DNA from: Candidatus Giovannonibacteria bacterium RIFCSPLOWO2_02_FULL_45_28 | GTDB taxonomy: Bacteria > Patescibacteriota > Minisyncoccia > UBA11713 > 2-01-FULL-45-33 | Assembly: GCA_001780725.1 (NCBI GenBank) | Contig: MFIM01000001.1 | Coordinates: forward strand, 19,642-83,641 | Length of the DNA: 64,000 nucleotides | Direction: 5' to 3' | Shown here: one piece after another, positions 45,372 through 55,099 of the stretch | Numbering within the stretch: position 1 is the stretch's first letter | Layout of the letters: each line of letters opens with the position of its first letter | Notes under the pieces: generated by a model | Databases searched by the model: none | Told to the model about the DNA's origin: nothing | Seen by the model: only the letters and a program-made list of their open reading frames with translations | Position numbers and translations under genes: made by a program

Positions 45372-47990
45372 ACAAGCGAACGGGGCCTCACCGATGAAGA
45401 AGCTGGCCGCCGCCTTAGGGAATTCGGGCGCAACAAATTGCCGGAAGCAAAAATTGACGGCCTAATATTGATTTTTTTTCGGCAATTTAGAAGTCCGCTT
45501 ATTTACATTCTGCTCGCGGCAAGTCTTACGGTTTTTGCAATGGGAGAGACGGTTGACGGCTTGGTTATACTGGCTGTGCTGTTTTTTAACGCGGTTGTAG
45601 GAACAATCCAGGAAGGCAAAGCGCAAAACACATTGCGCGCGCTTAAAAAATTCGTTGAAACGAAAGCAACTGTTCTGCGCGGCGAAAAAGAGCTGATCGT
45701 TCCGGATACCGAAGTCGTTCCCGGAGACATTATTATTTTACAGGAAGGAGAAAAGGTGCCAGCCGACGCGCGCATCACGCTCTCTCACAATCTCAAGGTT
45801 GACGAAGCAGCGCTTACGGGAGAATCCGAACCAGTGCATAAAACAGCAGACATCATCAAAACGGCCGATCTCCCAACTTCTGAACAAAAAAATATAGTTT
45901 TTAAGGGCACGCACATAGTTGCCGGCAACGGAAAAGCAATTGTAACCGCAACGGGCATTGATACGGTCATCGGCAAAATTGCAAAAGCCATTGCGACAAT
46001 AGATACGGAAATACCGCTTAAAGCAAACATAAGACACCTTTCCAAGCTCATAATTATAACCGTTTCCGGCATCAGCGGATCGCTGTTTTTCTTGGGTCTC
46101 GCTTTTGAAAAATCCGCCAGAGAAATGTTCGCAACGGTGGTTTCACTCTCCGTCTCCATTATCCCGGAGGGTCTGCCGATTGTAATAACGCTTGTGCTTG
46201 CAAGCGGAGTTTGGAGAATGTCAAAACGCAACGCTTTGGTAAAAAAACTACAAGCCGTGGAAGCGCTTGGGCAAGTGCGAGTCATAGCGGTTGATAAAAC
46301 AGGTACAATCACGCAAAACGAGATAGTTATTCAAAAAGTATTTGTCGGTAATAAATTGTTTGATGTGTGCGGCGCCGGCTATGAGCCAAAAGGAGAAATC
46401 AGGCTCGGCGGAGACTTGATTGAATCGGCAAACCATCCCGAATTGCTCCGTGCCGGAAAAATCGCGGCGCTTTGCGCCAACGCCAGAGTAATGTTTTCAG
46501 AAACTGAAAAACAATGGAAAATCGCAGGCGACCCAACGGAAGCAGCCATGCTTGTATTTGCTCAAAAGATCGGTTTTCATAAAGATAATTTGGAAAGAGA
46601 AATGCCGTTGGTTGCGGAAATCCCGTTTGATTACAAACTCAAATACCACGCAACCATTCACAAAGATATTTTGACCGTTGTCGGCGCACCGGAGGTTATT
46701 TTAAATCTTTCCATGCTGACGGAAAGCGACAAGCGCGAATTGGAATCAATTTTCCTGCGGCTTTCAGCCGAGGGGTTGAGAGTAATCGCTTTAGCCGAAA
46801 GCCGCAGTGCGCTCGCCTCGCTGAAGCTCTGGCGAAGCGGGCCAGAAATTCTCAAGCCGGAAAATATAAAAGAGCTCTCTTTCGTGGGATTTTTCGGCAT
46901 GAAAGACGCTTTGCGCCCTGAAGTTAAAGAGGCGCTGCAAAAAGCCGAATCGGCCGGCATAAAAGTGGTAATGATAACGGGAGACCATAAAATTACAGCG
47001 GAGGCGGTGGCAAAAGAAGCCGGAATTTACAAAATTGGCGATTCCATTCTTACAGGACAAGAAATTGACGCGATGCCGGACGACGCACTTAAAGAAAAAA
47101 TTGCCAATGTGTCGGTTTTTGCCAGGGTAACGCCGGAACACAAATTAAGAATTGTTAGGGCGTATAAGGCAAAGGGGGAAATTATTGCAATGACGGGAGA
47201 CGGCGTCAACGACGCGCCGTCTCTTGTAGCCGCCGACCTCGGAGTGGCGATGGGAAAAATCGGAACAGAGGTTGCAAAAGAGGCGGCTGATATCGTACTG
47301 CTTGATGATAACTTCGGAAGCATAATTTCTGCCGTAGAAGAGGGCCGAAGCATTTACAAAACCATAAAAAAGATAATTCTTTATCTTTTTTCAACAAGCG
47401 CCGGGGAAACCCTCACGATCGCCGGAGCTCTTTTTTTGGGCTACCCTCTTCCTATTTTGCCGGCGCAGATTATTTGGTTAAATTTTGTCACAGACGGCTT
47501 CCTCGACATGGCGCTAGCGATGGAACCGAAAGAGGTGGGTTTGCTAAAAAGTAATTTTGAAAAACCAAAAAAATATTTAGTAGACTCGCTAATGGCGCGG
47601 CGCATGTTTTTCATGGCGGTGCCGATGATGATCGGGGCGCTATTTTTGTTTAAAAACTATTTTGAAACCGATATAGTCAAAGCGTGGACAATCTCTCTTA
47701 CGGCGCTTGCCGTATTTCAATGGTTCAATGTGTGGAACTGCCGCTCCGAAGAAAAATCTATTTTTCAAATGAATCCGTTCTCCAATAAATTTCTGATAGC
47801 CGCCACGGCCTTAATTGTTTCACTTCAACTCGCGGCGGTTTATAATCCTGTAATGCAAAAAATATTGCGCACGACGGCTCTTGGGCTTTCCGAGTGGGTA
47901 ATGATAGTATCGGTCGCGTTTTCTATTGTGGCGGTTGAGGAAATAAGAAAATTCTTTTATAGAAAAAGCGCGGCTAATCAGAAAATTTGA
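45318..47990 (+). CDS. cation-transporting P-type ATPase (P2-type, Ca2+/Mg2+-like)
   Basis: DKTGTITQN phosphorylation motif, TGDGVNDAPSL hinge, ~10 TM segments, 890 aa. Confidence 0.9.
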   Translation: MSTQLHTKTIAEVIEIVHTSERGLTDEEAGRRLREFGRNKLPEAKIDGLILIFFRQFRSPLIYILLAASLTVFAMGETVDGLVILAVLFFNAVVGTIQEGKAQNTLRALKKFVETKATVLRGEKELIVPDTEVVPGDIIILQEGEKVPADARITLSHNLKVDEAALTGESEPVHKTADIIKTADLPTSEQKNIVFKGTHIVAGNGKAIVTATGIDTVIGKIAKAIATIDTEIPLKANIRHLSKLIIITVSGISGSLFFLGLAFEKSAREMFATVVSLSVSIIPEGLPIVITLVLASGVWRMSKRNALVKKLQAVEALGQVRVIAVDKTGTITQNEIVIQKVFVGNKLFDVCGAGYEPKGEIRLGGDLIESANHPELLRAGKIAALCANARVMFSETEKQWKIAGDPTEAAMLVFAQKIGFHKDNLEREMPLVAEIPFDYKLKYHATIHKDILTVVGAPEVILNLSMLTESDKRELESIFLRLSAEGLRVIALAESRSALASLKLWRSGPEILKPENIKELSFVGFFGMKDALRPEVKEALQKAESAGIKVVMITGDHKITAEAVAKEAGIYKIGDSILTGQEIDAMPDDALKEKIANVSVFARVTPEHKLRIVRAYKAKGEIIAMTGDGVNDAPSLVAADLGVAMGKIGTEVAKEAADIVLLDDNFGSIISAVEEGRSIYKTIKKIILYLFSTSAGETLTIAGALFLGYPLPILPAQIIWLNFVTDGFLDMALAMEPKEVGLLKSNFEKPKKYLVDSLMARRMFFMAVPMMIGALFLFKNYFETDIVKAWTISLTALAVFQWFNVWNCRSEEKSIFQMNPFSNKFLIAATALIVSLQLAAVYNPVMQKILRTTALGLSEWVMIVSVAFSIVAVEEIRKFFYRKSAANQKI

Positions 47991-49114
47991 TAAACCAGCT
48001 CATAGATAATGCTTGCGGCGAAAATTAAAATCAAAAATGTTTGATGAATCGGCCCGAACGGCAAAAACCTTGCTGTTCCAGAGCCGGTTTTCCGCAGTTT
48101 CCTCAAAATAAAAATCACAAAAAAACTGTCCAGCGCGATAAAAATGCCGCCAACCACCGAAATAAGTTTTACAAAGTCCTCCAAGCCGGACATAAAGAGC
48201 AGAACCGGGACCAATGCGCCCAAAAACCAGGAAAATATCCTTGGCATATTGAGGTCAAATTCGTAGATAGCTTTGAGGTCGTAAGCCAAAACCAAAAAAG
48301 AAGTAAGGACGGCCAAAAAACCCATTACCGCCCCCAAAATCACAATTTTCACGCCCAAAACGCCGCGCAGGCTGGAGATGGCGTCTTCGGAAATCGCGCC
48401 ATTTACCGCCATAAGCACCGCGACTATAAAAATAACGTACAAGACAAGCGGGACGAGGGTACCCCAAGCAATCACCGATTTTAACTTCGGCTCATCTTCT
48501 TTTTTCTTAAACACTTCCTTGGCATCCGGTATAACGGAGAGTCCGGCTAAAGCGAAAACAAAAATTCCGAACGCGAAAAAAGGATCTCCTCCGCCGGTCG
48601 GCAAATTAGAAAAACTGCCGTTTGAGAGCGACGCCAAAGAAATCAGCAAAATTGCCGCAATCAATGGTATGGTTAAAATTAAATTCAAAAGCCCGATAGT
48701 TTCTATGTTTTCAAAAAATAAAATCGCTACAGATACCGCAAAAAATACTAAAGTCCAAAAAAACGGCGTGCGGCCGAAAATCGTAGAAAGAAAAATTCCG
48801 CCCAGCACTCCGTAAATCAAAAGCGTTGCGTTAAAAAAAATAATCTGCGTTATTTTATTGAAATTGCCCGCGAGCTTTCCCAAATGCAGTTTGGCGTAGC
48901 CCGGCAATCTGTGCCTGCCTTCAGTATTTAAAACCACTTCTCCGTAGGCAAAATGAATGGAAAGAACTGCAAAAAAAGCGAGCGCCATACCGAAAATTGA
49001 CGCCCAAATTCCAGAGACCGAAACCGCGTAAGGCAAAGCAAACATGCCGGAGCCGATAATCATCCCGCCAAATACTCCGAGAGCTTTCCAAAACGGAGAT
49101 TTAAACATCTTCAT
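47978..49114 (-). CDS. amino-acid permease-like membrane transporter (11-12 TM)
   Basis: GVFGGMIIGSGMFALPYAVSVSG resembles the Trp/Tyr permease family N-terminus. Confidence 0.45.
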   Translation of the reverse strand: MKMFKSPFWKALGVFGGMIIGSGMFALPYAVSVSGIWASIFGMALAFFAVLSIHFAYGEVVLNTEGRHRLPGYAKLHLGKLAGNFNKITQIIFFNATLLIYGVLGGIFLSTIFGRTPFFWTLVFFAVSVAILFFENIETIGLLNLILTIPLIAAILLISLASLSNGSFSNLPTGGGDPFFAFGIFVFALAGLSVIPDAKEVFKKKEDEPKLKSVIAWGTLVPLVLYVIFIVAVLMAVNGAISEDAISSLRGVLGVKIVILGAVMGFLAVLTSFLVLAYDLKAIYEFDLNMPRIFSWFLGALVPVLLFMSGLEDFVKLISVVGGIFIALDSFFVIFILRKLRKTGSGTARFLPFGPIHQTFLILIFAASIIYELVYQIF

Positions 49115-49556
49115 GGTTCGCGCCGGACTTGCCTTTGTGAATATATATTTCTACAAACCGCAGCGCCCAAAGCACAAAAAGCACCAAAACAGTCGCGTAG
49201 ATAGCCAACGCATAAAAACCAAAACCAACAGCCATACCAACAGCCGCTGTCGCCCAAAGGCCAGCTGCTGTAGTGAGCCCTTCAAGACGGTCTCCTTTCA
49301 GCAAAATTAGCCCTCCGCCTATAAACCCAATACCAACCACAACCTGCGAGGCAATCCGCGAAGGATCAAAATAAGGCGCCCCCAAAGAACTTTCCACAGA
49401 CATAATAGTAAATAAAGCCGCACCAACGGCTACCAGCATGTAAGTGCGCAACCCTGCGGGCTTGCCGCGATATTCCCTCTCAAAACCAACAAGCATCCCC
49501 AAAAAGGCAGCCAAGGTTAGTTGATAAATCATTTGTATTGTTTCAGGGTTTAACAT
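49101..49556 (-). CDS. mgtC: MgtC/SapB family membrane protein
   Basis: QLTLAAFLGMLVGFEREYRGKPAGLRTYMLVAVGAALFT. Confidence 0.8.
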   Translation of the reverse strand: MLNPETIQMIYQLTLAAFLGMLVGFEREYRGKPAGLRTYMLVAVGAALFTIMSVESSLGAPYFDPSRIASQVVVGIGFIGGGLILLKGDRLEGLTTAAGLWATAAVGMAVGFGFYALAIYATVLVLFVLWALRFVEIYIHKGKSGANHEDV

Positions 49557-49564
49557 AAATAAAA

Positions 49565-50152
49565 TTATGCTTTAACAACTTTTCCTTTTTTAACCATTTC
49601 CAAAACTTTTTCTACCAAGCGTTTCGGGTCGGAGTCGTAAACGATATTACCCGGGCCGCGTTGTGATTTTTCAATAATGTCTCTGATAACTTCTGTAGAG
49701 CCGCCGGAACCCTCCAAAACGCCGATTGGCTTTCCGTCTTCAAGCGCGATGGTAAACTCGTTGATGGTCCCCCAGCGGCCACAGCCGAATATCACGGCAT
49801 CGGCCGAACGGGTTAGAAGCAAATTTCTTCCGGAATATCCAAAGCCGGTGTAAACAATAATATCCATATAATCCATCGGCAGTTTATAAGTCTCAATATG
49901 TTCTTTTTCCGAACCGGCTGGAGAAAGGCCGATGGTAAAACCGTCAGCTTCTTTCGCGCCGATCGCCGCCCAAAAAGGAAAACCTGTTGTGGCGCCGTTT
50001 ACCAAAACAGCGTTATTTTTTGCCACCCAGTGCCCCAATTCTTTTGCCTTATCCAGCGCGTCCGGCGCGCAATGCCCCGTATCCGCCGCCCCGGACACGC
50101 AGATTTTATACTTCAAATGTATATGCTTTCCGTCCATTCTCACATTATACAC
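49565..50152 (-). CDS. LOG/TIGR00725-family Rossmann-fold nucleotide-binding protein
   Basis: ICVSGAADTGHCAPDALDKAKELGHWVAKNNAVLVNGATTG... Confidence 0.55.
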   Translation of the reverse strand: MYNVRMDGKHIHLKYKICVSGAADTGHCAPDALDKAKELGHWVAKNNAVLVNGATTGFPFWAAIGAKEADGFTIGLSPAGSEKEHIETYKLPMDYMDIIVYTGFGYSGRNLLLTRSADAVIFGCGRWGTINEFTIALEDGKPIGVLEGSGGSTEVIRDIIEKSQRGPGNIVYDSDPKRLVEKVLEMVKKGKVVKA

Positions 50153-50242
50153 AATTTCTTAAAAACTTTCATCCTTAACTTATACCCATTACAATGTCTC
50201 AAAACCCCGAGATAAGATTGTAAATTTTTATTGCTCACTTTT

Positions 50243-50410
50243 TTAAATATTCTCTTTTTGAAATTCTAATTTAAGCTCGTTTTTCAGAAACAACGCAATT
50301 ATCGGCAAAAGTTCCTTGAGATAACTCTCGTTTTGGTGCAAGATAATAAAGTCGTCCGTGTATCTAAAATAATGCTTAACTTTTAATTTGTGTTTAATAA
50401 ACTGGTCAAG
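50243..50410 (-). pseudogene. remnant of a second DGR-type reverse transcriptase (motif 5 region only)
   Basis: Reverse strand encodes DQFIKHKLKVKHYFRYTDDFIILHQNESYLKELLPIIALFLKNELKLEFQKENI-stop; about 85% nucleotide identity to 42160-42265 of the RT gene; no upstream RT motifs. Confidence 0.7.
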
Positions 50411-50482
50411 AACTATCCAAAATGACCAACGGCGGGACCGGTTGTATTAGCCATCTCAAGTCTATAAAATTTCAGCAAAATT

Positions 50483-50516
50483 AAAAAGGGGGCAGTAAAA
50501 TTACCAACCCCCTTTC
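50483..50516 (-). terminator. intrinsic terminator downstream of ORF 50552-50851
   Basis: Minus strand AAAGGGGG-ttggtaattttactg-CCCCCTTT followed by TTTAATTTT. Confidence 0.45.
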
Positions 50517-50551
50517 AAAAGTTTAAAATAAAAAAGAAACAAGATTAAAAA

Positions 50552-50851
50552 TCAGGAAACTACCTCGCGGGCGCGCAAGCAGTCGCGGGCGCGGGACGGA
50601 CCGTAGCAATTCACGTTCATCCCACTGCAGTAGCTGAACCAGTAGACGCCCGGCACGCGGCCAACGGAGCCGCGCGAACCGGAGCAAAGAGTGATATTCT
50701 GAATGTCCAGATGCTTGCCGGTCTCGTCATGATACTTGAGCTCGTATATCGCGCGCTCTGTAAACGTGATGCCGGGAATCTTCATCCCGCCGAGGTCGTT
50801 GGCGGAACGATTTTTGAGTTCCTTATCCGCTTCGACCCTTTCGCGAACCAA
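50552..50851 (-). CDS. hypothetical protein
   Basis: 99-aa ORF; no recognisable motifs. Confidence 0.3.
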   Translation of the reverse strand: MVRERVEADKELKNRSANDLGGMKIPGITFTERAIYELKYHDETGKHLDIQNITLCSGSRGSVGRVPGVYWFSYCSGMNVNCYGPSRARDCLRAREVVS

Positions 50852-50879
50852 AATGGCGTAGGCCGAAATGATTAAACTT

Positions 50880-51104
50880 TTATAGCAATTTAATAAACTC
50901 GTCTACGGATATTTCCAAATCATTAATAATTCCTTTTAGGATTTTTCTTTTTAAATCTCGGCCGGAATGAACTGGAACAGTAACTCGCCTGCCGTCTAGA
51001 TGCTTAAACTGCGCGTGACTGCCAACTTGGTGGTGCTTAAAAAATCCAAGTTTCTCTAAAACCCGGATAAGTTCTTTGGTTTTAATAATAGGAAGTTTGG
51101 GCAC
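50880..51104 (-). CDS. hicA: HicA-family toxin (second copy)
   Basis: KELIRVLEKLGFFKHHQVGSHAQFKHLDGRRVTVPVHSGRDLKRKILKGIINDLEIS. Confidence 0.65.
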   Translation of the reverse strand: MPKLPIIKTKELIRVLEKLGFFKHHQVGSHAQFKHLDGRRVTVPVHSGRDLKRKILKGIINDLEISVDEFIKLL

Positions 51105-51109
51105 AAAAC

Positions 51110-51361
51110 CTAGGCACGACTTATAGCTAATTCTTTTGCTGAAAATGATTGAATCATCTCCAGCGCCTCCTCTTCTTGTGGAATTAACTCATTATCTTTA
51201 GCCAAACCCTGGATATGGCATTTAATAGCCTCTTTTAAATTCTGTTTAACTTCTTCTAAAGATTCTCCGTAAACATGAACACCTCTTAAAAGAGGGGCAA
51301 ATCCGTGGTATCCCCCATTTTCCTCTGGCTCAACTATAATTCTAAAAGAATACAGCTCCAT
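51110..51361 (-). CDS. hicB: HicB-family antitoxin (second copy)
   Basis: YSFRIIVEPEENGGYHGFAPLLRGVHVYGESLEEVKQNLKEAIKCHIQGL. Confidence 0.6.
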   Translation of the reverse strand: MELYSFRIIVEPEENGGYHGFAPLLRGVHVYGESLEEVKQNLKEAIKCHIQGLAKDNELIPQEEEALEMIQSFSAKELAISRA

Positions 51362-51419
51362 AATATATCCATTTTAGCATAGCCAATATATAAATCAATG
51401 CATAAAATAATATACTAAA

Positions 51420-51488
51420 TCTCCGCACTCTAGCCGTATTTTGGGGCGCGCGCATCAATCCCCAAATAGTCGCGTAGTTTTTGGACGA
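51420..51488. repeat. direct repeat (copy 1) flanking the vapBC cassette
   Basis: ctctagccgtattttggggcgcgcgcatcaatccccaaatagtcgcgtagtttttggacgag matches 52182-52250 (3 mismatches); that copy is the 3' end of the beta-CASP gene. Confidence 0.8.
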
Positions 51489-51508
51489 GGGCCCAAAACA
51501 GCGCGGCT

Positions 51509-51904
51509 TCAAAACAAGTCGGGAATACCAACCTTTTTGTAAAACTTATCAAACGATAAAATGCAATCCAGCCGATAACTTTTTACCAAAGCGGCATTAA
51601 AACGATCTATCCACGATACGCCTCTTTCTTTTCGTGTTAAAAAAATCTTATCGGCTTGCTCGATGGTCGCTTTATCCATTGGGAGTTCAATAAAGTTTTT
51701 CTGCCGCAATGATGTTAGTAATGCCCTTGCAGCGTTTTGTGATACTTTGTAAGAGAGCACCGTTACCGCTTCAGAAACAGTAAATGGAGTAATAAAAATG
51801 GTGGCATCTTTTAATTCCGCCACTTTTACTAATGCCTTTTGATGGTTGGAGTCATCTTCTTTGGCAAGCGCAACCAGAAAATCAGCGTCAACAAGCGCTC
51901 TCAT
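51509..51904 (-). CDS. vapC: PIN-domain toxin VapC
   Basis: MRALVDADFLVALAKEDDSNHQKA...; conserved acidic residues D6, E?, D95-like. Confidence 0.8.
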   Translation of the reverse strand: MRALVDADFLVALAKEDDSNHQKALVKVAELKDATIFITPFTVSEAVTVLSYKVSQNAARALLTSLRQKNFIELPMDKATIEQADKIFLTRKERGVSWIDRFNAALVKSYRLDCILSFDKFYKKVGIPDLF

Positions 51905-51907
51905 AAA

Positions 51908-52108
51908 TTACGCGTACAAATAATTATCTAATTTAGAAGATAGGTTTTTTGGTCCTCCGTGAAGCTTTAATCGTGCGATGCCTTTCAGTTCATCAAGGTG
52001 TTTTGTGACCCATAATTTCTTAACTAAAAACCAGCGCAATTCTTTCTCTGCTTGCTCTTTTTCGCCAAGCAATTCTTTGTACTCTTTTTCAAGTAATAGT
52101 TGTGTCAT
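51908..52108 (-). CDS. VapB-like antitoxin (small helical protein upstream of vapC)
   Basis: 66 aa, 4-nt gap to vapC. Confidence 0.4.
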   Translation of the reverse strand: MTQLLLEKEYKELLGEKEQAEKELRWFLVKKLWVTKHLDELKGIARLKLHGGPKNLSSKLDNYLYA

Positions 52109-52175
52109 AATGTAATATTATCAAGCTGCGAGACGAAAGTCAAACCGCTGTATAATGTAACCGCAAAAACTCGCC

Positions 52176-53516
52176 TCAAATCTCTACACTCTCGCCGTAT
52201 TTTGGGGCGCGCGCATCAATCCCCAGATAGTCGCGGAGTTTTTGGACGAGAGCCAATGATGATTTCGGTTCGCCGTGGGTTGTGTAAATTTTTTTAAGAG
52301 TGTCGGATTTTTCGCGGACAAACTCCAAAAGCATCGCGTAGTCTGGATGCGCGGAATATCCATAGATGGTTTCTTTGCGGCAGCGAACCGGAATTTTTTC
52401 TCCGAAAATTGTAACTTCGTCCGCTCCATCCTGAATCCTTCTCCCCAAAGAAGCCGGCGACTGGTAGCCGATAAATAAAATTGTGCTTTTTGGGTCCTGC
52501 AAGTGCCTGCGTTCGTGATGCAAAATCCTCCCGCCGGTAGACATTCCGCTCCCAGCAATAATAATCTTGGGCGGCGGCGCGTCATTTATTTTTTTGGATT
52601 CTTCGGTCGTCAAAGCCACGTGAACTTGCGGGAAATTTAAAAAAGAAAAAGACCTTTTATCAACATAGGCCTTGTTGAGATAAGAATAATATTTTTGATA
52701 AACTTCTGTTGCGCGGATGGCCAGCGGGCTATCCAAAAAAATCTGCACATTGGGAACCTGTTTTTTCCGCAGCATATCGGAAATTTCCCAAAGAAGTTCC
52801 TGCGTTTTTTCCAAAGAAAACGCAGGAATCATGAGCACGCCGCCCTGTACGACGCTTTGTTCTATCACCCTTTCCAATTTTAATTTTTTCTCTTCAACAT
52901 CTTCATGTTCGCGGTCGCCGTAAGTTGATTCCAGCACCAAAACCTCCGCCCCCGCGACTTTTTCAAAGCCGTTAAGCAACGGGTTAGCCGGGTTGCCCAA
53001 ATCTCCGGTGAATAATATTTTCTTTCCGCTCGCCTCAACCAAAACCATTGCTGATCCCAAAATGTGGCCGGCGTCATAAAACACAACCTTGAAATCCCCG
53101 ACATTAACGGATTCGTGGTAATTTTTGCCTTCCCAAACAGACATGACGCGGTCAACATCTTCTTCGGTATACGGGACTTTCTCGTTGTCGCGCTCGGCCT
53201 CTTTTGCCATAACGCTGACGCTGTCTTTCAACATAATCTCCGCTAAATCTTTGGTTGGATTAGTTGAATAAATTTTTCCCGAAAAACCCTCTTTTACAAG
53301 CTTAGGAATTCTACCGGTGTGATCCACGTGCGCATGGGTCACAAAAAGCGCCGACACGCTTTTTGGGTCAAACGGAAATGGATCATGGCTTCGTATGTCG
53401 CAAAACTTCGGACACTGAAAAAGGCCGCAATCAATAAGAATTTTGTCTTTCCCGTTCTCCAGCAAAAAACAGCTTCCGGTAACTTCCTGCGCCGCGCCGA
53501 AAAATGAGAGTTTCAT
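52176..53516 (-). CDS. metallo-beta-lactamase / beta-CASP ribonuclease (RNase J / CPSF-like)
   Basis: FLLENGKDKILIDCGL...VTHAHVDHTG (HxHxDH), 446 aa with beta-CASP region. Confidence 0.7.
   Translation of the reverse strand: MKLSFFGAAQEVTGSCFLLENGKDKILIDCGLFQCPKFCDIRSHDPFPFDPKSVSALFVTHAHVDHTGRIPKLVKEGFSGKIYSTNPTKDLAEIMLKDSVSVMAKEAERDNEKVPYTEEDVDRVMSVWEGKNYHESVNVGDFKVVFYDAGHILGSAMVLVEASGKKILFTGDLGNPANPLLNGFEKVAGAEVLVLESTYGDREHEDVEEKKLKLERVIEQSVVQGGVLMIPAFSLEKTQELLWEISDMLRKKQVPNVQIFLDSPLAIRATEVYQKYYSYLNKAYVDKRSFSFLNFPQVHVALTTEESKKINDAPPPKIIIAGSGMSTGGRILHHERRHLQDPKSTILFIGYQSPASLGRRIQDGADEVTIFGEKIPVRCRKETIYGYSAHPDYAMLLEFVREKSDTLKKIYTTHGEPKSSLALVQKLRDYLGIDARAPKYGESVEI
52182..52250. repeat. direct repeat (copy 2), part of beta-CASP gene 3' end
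   Basis: See 51420-51488. Confidence 0.8.
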
Positions 53517-53990
53517 TTATTTAATATTTAAAAGCGAATCGTCCACCATCTTTAATTCGTCCCAAATTCCCTCTATAAGATCGTAGTGCTTCGCGTCTTC
53601 CAAAGTAACCCAAGCAAAATCGGTAAAATCTTTTGAAATTTTGACTTGGCCATCTTTGTATTCCGCCCAATAAGAAAGCGTAACCACAGGGAAACCATCT
53701 GGACGGACAAACACCAGATCGCATAAATAGTTTGGTTTATGAATTTCAAGCCCCACCTCTTCTAAAACCTCTTTATTCAAAACCCAGTCAACCACGTTAT
53801 ACCACTGCTGATAGCTGGCTGTGGTCGGTAAAATCTTGTATTCATTAAGAACCAATTTGCCGCCCGGCACAGTCCAGCGGTTAGGAAAAGCTTTTTCGTG
53901 CGGCGCGCGCTTTACAATTAAAAACTTGCCGTCTTTTACAACAATCGCGGTAGCAACGACAAAATGAAGCCTTGGGTCAAGCTCTGCCAT
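53517..53990 (-). CDS. NUDIX hydrolase
   Basis: GGKLVLNE...EVLEEVGLEI Nudix box. Confidence 0.75.
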   Translation of the reverse strand: MAELDPRLHFVVATAIVVKDGKFLIVKRAPHEKAFPNRWTVPGGKLVLNEYKILPTTASYQQWYNVVDWVLNKEVLEEVGLEIHKPNYLCDLVFVRPDGFPVVTLSYWAEYKDGQVKISKDFTDFAWVTLEDAKHYDLIEGIWDELKMVDDSLLNIK

Positions 53991-53991
53991 A

Positions 53992-54690
53992 TCAAAACAT
54001 TATATCCTCCTCCGCGCGCTTATAATCGTGGATTTCGTCTTTGGAAAACCAATATGCCAGCTCGTGCGCGGCCTCTTCCGAGGTTTCGGAGGCATGTATG
54101 ATATTGTGCACCGCGCGTTTATCGGAATTAGCCAGCGCAGGCGAATCCACAGAATAATCTCCGCGAATAGTCCCCATCTCCGCCAGATTCGGCAAGGTGT
54201 TACCACAGAGTTTTCGCACCATATCAATAGCGTGCACACCCTCCACAACCATTTTGACTAAGGGGCCGGAAACCATGAAATCAACGATCCAGCCCCGCAC
54301 CATTTTCCCGATTTCGTCCGCGTCAGCGGTGCCCAGTGCCTGCACAGGATCAATGCCATATTTTTGATAAGTGCCCAATGACTTTTCTCCCAAACGATGT
54401 ACCCACGCCGGATCTTTCGGGTAATGCTTGTCAATCTGATCTTTTGTCACCCAAATCATTTTTAACGCGACAATCTTGAGCCCCCTTTGTTCAATGCGGC
54501 GGACAACCTCACCGGCAAGCCCGCGTTTAACGCCGTCGGGTTTTATTAAAACAAGCGTTCTTTCTTCTTTTGGTTTATGCGTCATGTTTTGACAATAACA
54601 AACGCTTTTGCTAATTTCAAGGGAGATTGACTGGGGCAGTATGAAAGAAAAAAGGAAAGTATTTATAATCCAATCTGTGCGTGGCGCCAC
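53992..54690 (-). CDS. ndk: nucleoside diphosphate kinase (with N- and C-terminal extensions; true start probably MTHKPKEER)
   Basis: EERTLVLIKPDGVKRGLAGEVVRRIEQRGLKIVALKMI. Confidence 0.85.
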   Translation of the reverse strand: MAPRTDWIINTFLFSFILPQSISLEISKSVCYCQNMTHKPKEERTLVLIKPDGVKRGLAGEVVRRIEQRGLKIVALKMIWVTKDQIDKHYPKDPAWVHRLGEKSLGTYQKYGIDPVQALGTADADEIGKMVRGWIVDFMVSGPLVKMVVEGVHAIDMVRKLCGNTLPNLAEMGTIRGDYSVDSPALANSDKRAVHNIIHASETSEEAAHELAYWFSKDEIHDYKRAEEDIMF

Positions 54691-55099
54691 GAAAGCTGAA
54701 AGGGAATTTGCTATTTCACACGCCGCGCGACTTGAAAACAGCAGTTACGAGGTTTACTTGCCAGCAAGAAATACGAACCAAAATGATCCGGTTGGTCTTA
54801 GAATCTGCACAGACAACCGCAAAGCCATTGCGAACGCAGACGAAATTCACATCATCTGGAAAAAGAACAATTTAAATTGGTTTCAAAAACTACTTTCTTG
54901 GTTTGTGGGAAAACTTCAAAAATGGGGCGGGTTGCAAAAATCAGAAGGCAGTTATTTTGACTTCGGAATGAGTTTTATGGCACAGCATTTTCTTCCGGAC
55001 AAAAAAATAATTCTGGTCAACCTCGATATGATAAAACCGACGGGGGGCAAAAGCTTTGAAAACGTGCTGCATGCGCTAACAAAAAGGAGCCGAAAATGA
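54608..55099 (+). CDS. nucleoside 2-deoxyribosyltransferase-like / DNPH1-like protein
   Basis: KVFIIQSVRGAT...SEGSYFDFGMSFMAQHFLPDKKIILVN resembles the NDT fold pattern. Confidence 0.45.
   Translation: MLISREIDWGSMKEKRKVFIIQSVRGATKAEREFAISHAARLENSSYEVYLPARNTNQNDPVGLRICTDNRKAIANADEIHIIWKKNNLNWFQKLLSWFVGKLQKWGGLQKSEGSYFDFGMSFMAQHFLPDKKIILVNLDMIKPTGGKSFENVLHALTKRSRK

Noticed and set aside
50552-50851. 99-aa ORF next to the RT remnant as a second DGR target with its own VR
   Set aside because: Its 3' region has no similarity to the TR (43260-43381) and no A-specific mismatch pattern; the adjacent hairpin is better explained as its terminator.
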